From Spirochaetia bacterium (GTDB lineage: Bacteria > Spirochaetota > Spirochaetia > SZUA-6 > Bin103): a DNA stretch of 64,000 nt. Below are positions 20,154-28,247 of the stretch, in pieces. Each line of letters opens with the position of its first letter. The first letter of the stretch is position 1. Position numbers and translations under genes: made by a program. Below the pieces are notes generated by a model. It saw nothing but the letters and a program-made list of their open reading frames with translations, was not told the DNA's origin and ran no database searches. Where the stretch lies: NCBI GenBank assembly GCA_965203905.1, contig CBDBDQ010000005.1:3648001-3712000 (forward strand), written 5' to 3'.

Positions 20154-20275
20154 CGAGGTGGACCGGGCCGCCACGTCGCGGCTAAAGTCTCCGCCACCGT
20201 GGCACAAGCCTCGATCCTGGCGGCGGCCTGAAGAGCGCTGCCCAAGGAGTGGCGGCAGCCGGGGTGGTACTGCCG

Positions 20276-21712
20276 ATGAAGCAACCCAACGTCGTCTATC
20301 TGCTGGCGGATCAACTGCGGGCGCGCTCGCTGCCGGCCTATGGCGAGGGGCAGATCGCGACGCCGAACATCGACCGCCTCGTGCGCGAGGGGATCAGGTT
20401 CACCAATGCCGTTGCCACCTGTCCGCTGTGCGCGCCGTATCGCTCGATGCTGGTCACCGGCAGGCAGCCGCTGGAGACCGGGCACGTCATCAACAACCTG
20501 CGAGCACGCCACGACGAGATCAGCATCGCCGACGCCTTCAACCACGCTGGCTACCGCACCGGCTGGGTGGGGAAGTGGCACCTCTACTCCGGTGAGCGGC
20601 CCGAGATCGTGGACTTCGAGTACATCCCCGACGGCAGGGACCGGCTCGGGTTCGACTATTTCAGGGCCTACAACTATCACACCCAGTACTTCGACGGCCC
20701 GCTGTGTCTCGACGGCGGCGGCCATGAGCGGTGGCGCGGGTACGAGACGATCGGACTGCTGCGGTACGTCGACGAGTTTCTGGAGGCAGCGACGGAGAAC
20801 GGGGAGCCGTTCTGCCTGTTCGTGGCGCCGCACATGCCGCACCACGGCGGGGCGATTCCGGGCGGGAGGGTGACCCAGGATGCGTCACCGAGCGGGCGGC
20901 TCGCCCCCGACGACTGCCTGCGGCGCGTTCCCGAGCAGCCGGTGCTGCCACCGAACGTGCCTCCGGAGCTGTTGGCCGAAGCAACCGACTGCTACCGCGA
21001 CTACCTGGCCATGACCGTTGCCGTGGACGACATGCTGGGTGCGATCCTGCGACGGCTGCAGCGCGACGAGCTGGTCGACGACACGATCGTGGTGTTCGGT
21101 TCCGATCATGGTTCACTGATGGGTGCGCACGGACTGCAGCCGTGGCAGAAGCGCACCCCCTGGGAAGAGAGCGTGTCGGTCCCGCTGGTGGCACGCCTGC
21201 CGCGGGGGCACCGCGGCGGCAGTGTCTGCGACGCGCTGGTGGCGCCGGAGGATCTGTTCCCGACGCTGTGCGGCCTGTGCGGCATCGACGTGCCACGGAC
21301 GGTCAGCGGTCGCAATCAGGCAGACGTCTGGCTGGGGCGTTCCGGCGCGGCCGAACGGCAGGCGCTGTTCACTTACTGCATCGACGACGCCCTGCTGACC
21401 GGGACGACCGGTTCGGAGTGGAAGGGAGTGCGCACCGAGCACTGGAGCTACTGGCGCTGCCTCGACGGGAGCACGGCTCTGTACGACATCCGCGCCGACC
21501 CGCTGCAGTTGCGCGATTTGGTGGACAGCGAGGAGCATCGCCCCGTCGTGGCGCGAATGGAAGCAACACTTGAACGCTTCATGACCGAGTGGCACGACGC
21601 CATGCAGCCGGCCACCGAGTACCTGAACTGGTTCGACGGGCGGCGCATAGTCAGCAACACGTTCGGCCGGTTGGGCGATCCGTTCAAGGAACCCGACGGG
21701 TCATTGCTGTAG
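20276..21712 (+). CDS. formylglycine-dependent sulfatase
   Basis: PNVVYLLADQLRA, CAPYR (CxPxR), GKWHL, SDHG, PWEESVSVPL, DPLQLRDL. Confidence 0.92.
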   Translation: MKQPNVVYLLADQLRARSLPAYGEGQIATPNIDRLVREGIRFTNAVATCPLCAPYRSMLVTGRQPLETGHVINNLRARHDEISIADAFNHAGYRTGWVGKWHLYSGERPEIVDFEYIPDGRDRLGFDYFRAYNYHTQYFDGPLCLDGGGHERWRGYETIGLLRYVDEFLEAATENGEPFCLFVAPHMPHHGGAIPGGRVTQDASPSGRLAPDDCLRRVPEQPVLPPNVPPELLAEATDCYRDYLAMTVAVDDMLGAILRRLQRDELVDDTIVVFGSDHGSLMGAHGLQPWQKRTPWEESVSVPLVARLPRGHRGGSVCDALVAPEDLFPTLCGLCGIDVPRTVSGRNQADVWLGRSGAAERQALFTYCIDDALLTGTTGSEWKGVRTEHWSYWRCLDGSTALYDIRADPLQLRDLVDSEEHRPVVARMEATLERFMTEWHDAMQPATEYLNWFDGRRIVSNTFGRLGDPFKEPDGSLL

Positions 21713-21727
21713 CCGGGCTGGGATACT

Positions 21728-21880
21728 TCACTCAGTTGGAGGAGGCTGTTGCTGCGGTGGTGGTGACGGTTGCGGCTGTGCCGGAGGTTGCCTACGCGGC
21801 GGTCGGGGAGGCGGAGGTATGGGAATGTTCGGCGGGCGAGGAATCGGCTGTGGCGCTCCCCTGGTACGATCTCCACTCAA
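21728..21880 (-). CDS. putative 50-aa proline-rich microprotein (not in the ORF track)
   Basis: TTG at 21880 overlaps the TGA of the upstream gene, with AGGA 9 nt upstream; MSGDRTRGAPQPIPRPPNIPIPPPPRPPRRQPPAQPQPSPPPQQQPPPTE*; 22 of 50 residues are Pro, using all four Pro codons. Confidence 0.6.
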   Translation of the reverse strand: MSGDRTRGAPQPIPRPPNIPIPPPPRPPRRQPPAQPQPSPPPQQQPPPTE

Positions 21881-22458
21881 AGATCGAATTCCTGCCTTAT
21901 TCGCAAATGCGTATACTTTACCGCTTTCTCCTGTAGTTTTTCCTTTACATTTCCCATTTTTTGTGCCTGTTCAGAGGTAACGACGTCCACCTTTTCCTCC
22001 AATGCACGCACTCTTGACAGGATCTCCTGATCATCCGTTGCGCCAAGCTCTTCCCATAGCTTTCTCCACTCGCGGGACATGGCTCTGCACGCTCCTTCCA
22101 TCGACACTGCCGCAGCATGTTTCTCCGAGAACCTGAACAGGATCGACAAAAGAGCTACCGTTGCCACTATGGAACTCAATCCAATATATACAAGCTTCGG
22201 TCCTTGCCCCAGGATCGTGGCTACGGCAACGGTAGAAAAGAGTACTTGTGTGAGGTTGGACATATTCTGCCAGAACAGGAATCTCCTCCCCACACGATAC
22301 AGATACTCTACGTCCTCGTCGCTCTTTACCAAGCCGTTCCAAACGCTACGTTCCACGAACCTCTGGATCGGATCGTCCTCCTGGACGATCGCGGACTCTG
22401 TAGGCCTCTCCAAAGACATTACTTTGCCTTTAGACTGCTCTTGTACAGTTCCTGACAT
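21877..22458 (-). CDS. SLATT-like two-transmembrane protein
   Basis: AGGAGG RBS; two hydrophobic helices (LTQVLFSTVAVATIL; VYIGLSSIVATVALLSILF) followed by FSEKHAAA and a helical tail; DNA visibly AT-richer than the flanks. Confidence 0.6.
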   Translation of the reverse strand: MSGTVQEQSKGKVMSLERPTESAIVQEDDPIQRFVERSVWNGLVKSDEDVEYLYRVGRRFLFWQNMSNLTQVLFSTVAVATILGQGPKLVYIGLSSIVATVALLSILFRFSEKHAAAVSMEGACRAMSREWRKLWEELGATDDQEILSRVRALEEKVDVVTSEQAQKMGNVKEKLQEKAVKYTHLRIRQEFDL

Positions 22459-22962
22459 TGTTTCCTCCTGCTATCAGCTGGCCTAAAGAACGCGAACGGT
22501 TCAACTTGATGTACAGCAAGCCAAATGGACAACGCTCCACGAGCCGCCGCTACACTATCAGGAGATTCTATAACCAACGGGCGGACGCGGCCTTCTGCGC
22601 TACCTCGCGCCGCAGCTCTGGCGCCTGGCTGGCAGCTCGCGCTTTGGCACTGTTGACGCGTCCGGCAGGTGGCTCGGACTGCTAGTGCTCCGCGAGCACC
22701 CGCTCCTTGCCGTTCGGCACCGCGCCCGCGGACATGCCGACGACAAGCTTGCCGCGCTGCACCGCCGTCCCTCGGTCTGCTCGGTAGTGCCATGCGGTCG
22801 CGCCTCCATGTACGCGCTGGTTGCTGTGGTGCAACCGCTCGCGCGTAGCACATAGTCTATGTATATGCGTGATGTCGCGCAAATGGGCAACCCGCACGCT
22901 TCCGCACGTCCCGCCGACACTGACCGCTCGTTTCATGACAACGGAGGACTTCGGCCCGGCGG

Positions 22963-24462
22963 TCAGGAGCTGCTGGCGCGGAACGAGTACAGGTGGGCGT
23001 CGCGGACCTCGAAGAAGAGCCGGATGCGCTTGCCCGCCAGGTCGCGGGCCGAGCGGCCGTCCTGCCAGGTCAGCGGCTTCACGGCCAGCGCGTCGCGCTC
23101 CGGCCTGGTCCACACCGGTTCCTCGTCGAAGTTCCGGGTGTTGCGGTTGATCGGGTTGCAGTCGCCGAAGCCGTAGCCGTCGAGCGGCTTGTTCTCCGCA
23201 TCGCGCAGCTCCACCCGGATGCTGCCGTAGGTGCCGTCGTCGCCGCTGTGGTGGCCCGTGATGTCGCGCCGCGGGTCGGCATTCACCAGCAACTCGCCGC
23301 CCGGCCAGGTGACCGGCTTTGTCAGTAACGCCCCCGGCTGTTCGCCGCTGTACAGGGAGCAGAACCCGTCGATGCGCAGCGTTGCCAGGCCGATCGCCCC
23401 GTAGGCCTCGGGGAACTGCGCGCCGTGGCCGCCGGCCCTGCCGGAGTAGTAGAACCAGAGCTGGTTGTAGTTGACGATGGGCGGATTGGTCGGCAGGTTG
23501 AGCCACGTCGAGTCGAAGCTGCCCTGGGGCCCGCGCGGAATGAACGGTTGTCTGGGGATGCTGCGGTGCCAGTCCTTGCCGTCGTAGCTCCACACCAGTT
23601 CCTCCTCCAGCACGTCGGGGATGGTGTGCATGCGCAGCGCACCGGCCAGCCAGATGCCCTCGTAGTAGAACGGCGTGAGCGAGTAGTACTGCATCTGCCA
23701 GGGATCGTCGGTCCCCGGCTTCATCACCTGCTCTCCGGGTGTCCAGTGGATCAGGTCCTCGCTCTCGGTGTAGGAAACGGGCCGCTTGCGCGGAAACGGG
23801 TCCAGGCCGTACTCGGTGACGAAGTCGGTACGCCCCTTCCAAAGGCCGGCCCGCTCGATGCCGGTCTCGAAGGTGCCGCGGCCGTATACCCGGTACTTGC
23901 CGTCCACCTTGTCGGTGACCGCCACGAAACGGTCGTCCCACTTGTGCAGGACGTTGCCCAGCGACTCGAAGTGGATCCCGTCCTTGGAGCGGGTGGCGAA
24001 GATGCCCCAGTGGTCGGGGTTGACGTCCAGCGAGTCCCAGTACAGCAGCTTGTAGGGCCATTCGTCGTCGGGCTCGTAGATCATGGCGCAGTCGTCGATG
24101 AAGCCGTCCGGCAGGGCCGGCTGGATCACGATGTTGTTGTTCCTGTTGCCGCCGAACTCGCAGATCCCCAGGAACGGCCGCTCCCAGTGGATGCCGTCGT
24201 CGCTCTCGGCGTAGCAGACGCGCGGCTTCGACGAGTTGCGCGTGCCCACGTACCACATGCGGAACTTGCCGTCGACGCGCAGCACCGTCCCGTACAGGCA
24301 AGGGCAGTCGCCCTCCCACGGGTATTTGCCCTCCATCACCGGCTTGGGATACTTCTGCGGCTGATGCCACACCCGCTGCACGCGGACGTGGTCGTCAATC
24401 AGGCGGTCGTCGAGGAAGAGCTGGCTGTTGCGCAGGTCTCCGGAATGGGCTTCGGCCTTCAT
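22963..24462 (-). CDS. GH32/GH43-like five-bladed beta-propeller protein
   Basis: QLFLDD, FRMWY, CYAESDDGIHWERP, SEDLIHWT, IGLATLRIDGF, VNAD; GGAGG RBS. Confidence 0.7.
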   Translation of the reverse strand: MKAEAHSGDLRNSQLFLDDRLIDDHVRVQRVWHQPQKYPKPVMEGKYPWEGDCPCLYGTVLRVDGKFRMWYVGTRNSSKPRVCYAESDDGIHWERPFLGICEFGGNRNNNIVIQPALPDGFIDDCAMIYEPDDEWPYKLLYWDSLDVNPDHWGIFATRSKDGIHFESLGNVLHKWDDRFVAVTDKVDGKYRVYGRGTFETGIERAGLWKGRTDFVTEYGLDPFPRKRPVSYTESEDLIHWTPGEQVMKPGTDDPWQMQYYSLTPFYYEGIWLAGALRMHTIPDVLEEELVWSYDGKDWHRSIPRQPFIPRGPQGSFDSTWLNLPTNPPIVNYNQLWFYYSGRAGGHGAQFPEAYGAIGLATLRIDGFCSLYSGEQPGALLTKPVTWPGGELLVNADPRRDITGHHSGDDGTYGSIRVELRDAENKPLDGYGFGDCNPINRNTRNFDEEPVWTRPERDALAVKPLTWQDGRSARDLAGKRIRLFFEVRDAHLYSFRASSS

Positions 24463-24515
24463 CGGTTTCCTCCATTTGGGTCGTGACGATGTTGGTGCAA
24501 GGTGAGCGGGCCGTC

Positions 24516-25610
24516 TCAGTCGGGGATGTCGAACACCCGCTGCAGGTTGCCGCCGTGGATCAGGCGCAGGTCCTCACGGGTCAGGTAGTCGCAGCGCCGC
24601 CGCATGTAGTTGAGGCACTGCGCGTAGCGTTCCGGGGTGAACGGGGGCCCGACGAGGTTGTAGGCCGCGAACTCCGACCCCCAGATCAGCTTGGTTGGTC
24701 CGAAGGCGTCGTAGAGCAGCCGGATCACCTCATCGTTCGGGCCGTAGTTGACGATGTTGGTGAGGATCTCCGTGTGGACGTCGTAGCCGGTGATCACCCG
24801 CGCGAACTCCTCGGGGATGCCGTCCTCCACGTATGAGGCCAGCACGCCGTTGGTCAGCACCACCCGGATGCCCGGGAACTTCCGCAATACCGCCTCCAGC
24901 ATGGGGATGAACTCGTCGTAGTCGTTGCCGTAGGGGCCGCCGATGTACATCACCACGCCGAGTGCCTCGATTTCGCGCCAGAAGGGGTCGAACTTGGCGG
25001 TGTGGAACGACGTGTAACCCTCCCAGCCGCGCGTCGGCTCGTGGTAGAACCCGCGCAGCCCCAACTCCTCCACGTAGACGTGCAGCCGGTCCAGGTTCTC
25101 CCTGGTATAGGCGGTCGACTCGTCCACGTTGCACAGGCCGATGAAGCGCGTCGGATGCTCGTGCACCACGCGCGAGAAGAACTTGTTGAGGTGGATCGGC
25201 GGCAGCTGCAGCACCGCGCGGTCGATGCCGGTGGCGTCCATCAGCCACAGCAGGACCTCGGGCGGCGGCCCCTTGTAGGCGATCAGCACGTGGTCGCCGG
25301 GCGCGTACAGCTCCTCGCCGTCGCTCTGCCAGGTGAAGTAGGGGGTGCAGGACAGCGTCGGCCGCCCGGGGCGCTCCCACGCGATCCTCAGGCCCACGTC
25401 CTTGCAGCCGTCCCACGAGGTGAGCCGGTGCTCGTCCCACAGCGTCTTCCAGCCGTCGGCCACCACCGCGTCGTCGGCCAGCCGGCGCACCTCGATGTGG
25501 GGGCGGGCCAGGTTGCGCTGGAAGCAGTACTTCATGGTCGCGGCCGAGCCGTCCAGGTCCCAGTCCGCTTCGCAGCGCACGCTGGCGTGGGTGTGACTGT
25601 CGATGATCAT
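24516..25610 (-). CDS. amidohydrolase_2 family protein
   Basis: IIDSHTH metal motif, GIDRAVL, PTRFIG, KLIWGSEF, IHGGNLQRVF; GAGGAG RBS. Confidence 0.8.
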   Translation of the reverse strand: MIIDSHTHASVRCEADWDLDGSAATMKYCFQRNLARPHIEVRRLADDAVVADGWKTLWDEHRLTSWDGCKDVGLRIAWERPGRPTLSCTPYFTWQSDGEELYAPGDHVLIAYKGPPPEVLLWLMDATGIDRAVLQLPPIHLNKFFSRVVHEHPTRFIGLCNVDESTAYTRENLDRLHVYVEELGLRGFYHEPTRGWEGYTSFHTAKFDPFWREIEALGVVMYIGGPYGNDYDEFIPMLEAVLRKFPGIRVVLTNGVLASYVEDGIPEEFARVITGYDVHTEILTNIVNYGPNDEVIRLLYDAFGPTKLIWGSEFAAYNLVGPPFTPERYAQCLNYMRRRCDYLTREDLRLIHGGNLQRVFDIPD

Positions 25611-25626
25611 GGTCGCTCTCCTCGTG

Positions 25627-25732
25627 AGGAGTCTGTCGGATTGGCCCGTCAGCGGCAACTCCGACAGGACTCCGTACGTAAAGGCGGGGCTGGGCCGAAA
25701 GCGACGCCGTGAGGCGGCGGTTTCGGGGCGCT
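25627..25732 (+). repeat. ~105-bp structured intergenic repeat (REP/MITE-like), copy 1
   Basis: Similar over its whole length to the reverse complement of 44350-44454; two hairpins. Confidence 0.8.
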
Positions 25733-26804
25733 AGGGATGAACCGAAGGTTGGACTTGCAGCGGCAGGTCCCGCCAGTAGTACCGTAGCGGGTCGTCCGGC
25801 GGCCAGTCGGCGTACAGCTGGTCCCACTCGGCGTAGTGGTGCTGCGGCGCGAGCGCGGCCGCGTCGACCGGCTCGCCGACAGGCTGGTAGCGGAAGCTGG
25901 CGGCCAGCCGGATGCGGTCGCCGCTGGTGTTGTCGCGGCCCTGGTGCACGGCCAGGCTGTGGAACATCACCACGTCGCCGGCGGCCATCGGGCTCCAGGT
26001 CCAGCGCCTGTCCGTTCCGGGATCGACCCAGATCGAGCCTTCCACCACCGGCAGCAGGCCGTCGGCGTGGGAACCCTCGGCCAGCATCACCCCGCCCAGC
26101 GCCGAGTCGCAGTCGCCCAGCGGCAGCCATACGGTCCAGGTATGCGGTGTGCCGCCGACGGAGAAGTGGTCCTGGTGCGGAGGCGTCTTGAACGTCTCCA
26201 GTGCCGGGAAGATGGCGTGGCAGATGTGCCGCGGGTGGACCAGCACCGCCTTCCCGAGCAGCACCTTCAGCACCGCCATGAGGCGCGGATGGTGGGGGAG
26301 CGCGTTGAAGCTGTGCACGCTCAGCACCTTGTTGTAGTACGAGCGGTACTGCTCGGTGGGCCTGGAGCCCTCCAGCACCACTCCCGGCCTGGCGATGCCG
26401 GCGTCCGTCTCCGAGCCGTCGGCCAGCGCCCCGTGGTCGTGCAGCACGCGCAGCACGTCACGCCTTACCTCCAGCACCGCCTCCGCCGGCAGCAGCCCGG
26501 GAAAAAACAGGTAGCCGCGTGCGGCGGCCGCGCTGCGCAACCGCTCCGGATCGTCCAGCAGCGCGCTGCAGTCGGACCACGGCCCGGTGTCGGGTGCGCC
26601 GCGTACCAGTTCCTCGATGCGCTGGCGTACGAAACGCTCCGCGGCTGCCTCGTTGCGGCAACCGGTCGTCCGCAGCCGCCCGCACCACTGCGCCGGAACG
26701 CCCGATTCCGGGTTGAGCGTGTAGCTGTAGTAGGCCTGTGCCGTACCGTCCGGCGCGGGAACGGTCTGCGCGTGCAGCTCGAAGGGAGGGCGGGAGGGCG
26801 GCAT
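25731..26804 (-). CDS. PhyH-family dioxygenase with an extra ~68-aa N-terminal domain
   Basis: GYLFFPGLL, PHQD, TVWLPLGD, AEGSH, FHSLAVHQG, RIRLAASFRYQ; N-terminal PPFELH...YYSYTLNPESGVP...TTGCRNEAAAERFV. Confidence 0.8.
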   Translation of the reverse strand: MPPSRPPFELHAQTVPAPDGTAQAYYSYTLNPESGVPAQWCGRLRTTGCRNEAAAERFVRQRIEELVRGAPDTGPWSDCSALLDDPERLRSAAAARGYLFFPGLLPAEAVLEVRRDVLRVLHDHGALADGSETDAGIARPGVVLEGSRPTEQYRSYYNKVLSVHSFNALPHHPRLMAVLKVLLGKAVLVHPRHICHAIFPALETFKTPPHQDHFSVGGTPHTWTVWLPLGDCDSALGGVMLAEGSHADGLLPVVEGSIWVDPGTDRRWTWSPMAAGDVVMFHSLAVHQGRDNTSGDRIRLAASFRYQPVGEPVDAAALAPQHHYAEWDQLYADWPPDDPLRYYWRDLPLQVQPSVHP

Positions 26805-26841
26805 CGTACGGTACCGTACCGAGTGCCGTACTCCAAAGCAA
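26805..26841 (-). promoter_or_regulatory. putative promoter overlapped by a perfect 14-bp palindrome
   Basis: TTGCTT-17 bp-TACGGT-8 nt-ATG; palindrome GTACGGTACCGTAC at 26806-26819. Confidence 0.5.
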
Positions 26842-26931
26842 GCCGCCGGGTGCCGCCGGGCCGCCAACGCCAACGTGGCGATCAGCAACTCGCTGGAGCA
26901 GGCGACGACTACGCTCGATCAGGGTACTGGG

Positions 26932-28152
26932 TCAGTTCTCCACCTCGATCCAGAGCCGCTCGACGCCGCGCAGCGCCACACCTTCCCGGTATTCCGGTTC
27001 CACGGCCAGGCGCAACGACGAGTACCGGTCCAGCAGACCGGTCAGCGCCAGGCGTGCCTCCATGACCGCCAGCGGACCGCCGAGACAGTAGTGCACACCC
27101 CGGCCGAACGACAGGTGGCTGTTCCCGTTCCTGCCAACGTCCAGCGCCTCGGGATCGTCGAACGCCTCCGGGTCCCGGTTCGCCGCTCCAAGCACCGCAA
27201 TCACCACGTCGCCCGCCCGTATGCGCTTGCCGCCGATCTCCACGTCCTCGCGCGCCGCCCGCCCATCGAGCTGCACCGGACTGTCGTACCGCAGCAGCTC
27301 ATCCACAGCCGGATCCAGCAGTTCCCGGTCTTCCCGCAGACGCTGGAGCTGTGCGGGGTTCCGCAACAGCGCCAGGACCGCGTTCCCTATCAAATTGCGC
27401 GTCGTCTCGTTCCCCGCCACCAGGATCAGGAGCATCACCGACAGCATCTCCTCATGCGTCAGCCGCTCTCCCGTCTCCTCGGCCATCATCAGCGCGGTCA
27501 CCAGGTCATCCCGCGGCTCGCGCCGCCGCTCGGCGATGATTTCTTCGAAGTAGGCGTACACCTGCTCGGCGGCCCGCTTGATTGCCTGCACCTGTTGGCC
27601 GCCGAGTATCGGATCGACGGCCAGCGCCAGCGTGTTCGACCATCCTTCGAAGACGCCCATGTCTTCCGAGCGCACGCCGAGCATCTCCGCTATCACCGTG
27701 ATCGGCAGCGGGTATCCCAGCGCCGCGATCACGTCGAACTGGCGCCTTCCCGCGACCGCGTCCAGCAGCCGATCGGTGATCTCCCGAATGCGCCCCTGGA
27801 GCCGGCCTACCGCCCTCGGGGTGAACGCCTTGGATACCAGCGCCCGCACTCGCGTATGCTCCGGCGGATCCATGTCGAGCAGACTCAGCGGGATCGTTTT
27901 CACCAGGACGCGGTCGCCGTTGCAGAACCGCTTGTCGTCGCGCAGCACCCGCTCCACGTCCTCGTACCTGGTCAGCGCCCAGGCTTTGACCAACCGCATC
28001 CGGTGTACCGGATCCTTGCTGCGCAGCTCCCGGTAGATCGGATACGGATCCTGCCTCAACTGCGGCGACAGCAGGTCGTAGGCGACGCCCGATTCGCGCC
28101 GCTCCCATGCGACCAGCAGGCGTGCGATGGTCAACTTCAGCCATTCGGTCAT
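26932..28152 (-). CDS. cytochrome P450
   Basis: DPPEHTRVR, AGNETT (I-helix), ELLR (ExxR), AANRDP, FGRGVHYCLG (heme Cys). Confidence 0.95.
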   Translation of the reverse strand: MTEWLKLTIARLLVAWERRESGVAYDLLSPQLRQDPYPIYRELRSKDPVHRMRLVKAWALTRYEDVERVLRDDKRFCNGDRVLVKTIPLSLLDMDPPEHTRVRALVSKAFTPRAVGRLQGRIREITDRLLDAVAGRRQFDVIAALGYPLPITVIAEMLGVRSEDMGVFEGWSNTLALAVDPILGGQQVQAIKRAAEQVYAYFEEIIAERRREPRDDLVTALMMAEETGERLTHEEMLSVMLLILVAGNETTRNLIGNAVLALLRNPAQLQRLREDRELLDPAVDELLRYDSPVQLDGRAAREDVEIGGKRIRAGDVVIAVLGAANRDPEAFDDPEALDVGRNGNSHLSFGRGVHYCLGGPLAVMEARLALTGLLDRYSSLRLAVEPEYREGVALRGVERLWIEVEN

Positions 28153-28247
28153 TGGATCGCTCCCTACCCCTGGCACATTCTAACGCGAGGCCGGCACCAC
28201 GCGCACCGCCGGGCAGCGCCACAGGGGACGTGTTCCGGGGTTGTTGT

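Noticed and set aside
21448-21876. ORF-track 142-aa minus-strand ORF and the plus-strand ORFs over the same region
   Set aside because: They run into the sulfatase or the SLATT-like gene and have no recognisable features; the Pro-rich frame with a coupled start explains the sequence better.
22470-22960. ~490-bp intergenic region with small hairpins (GTGCTC-cgc-GAGCAC) as a riboswitch or ncRNA
   Set aside because: No recognisable aptamer consensus and no second copy in the window; cannot be supported by eye.
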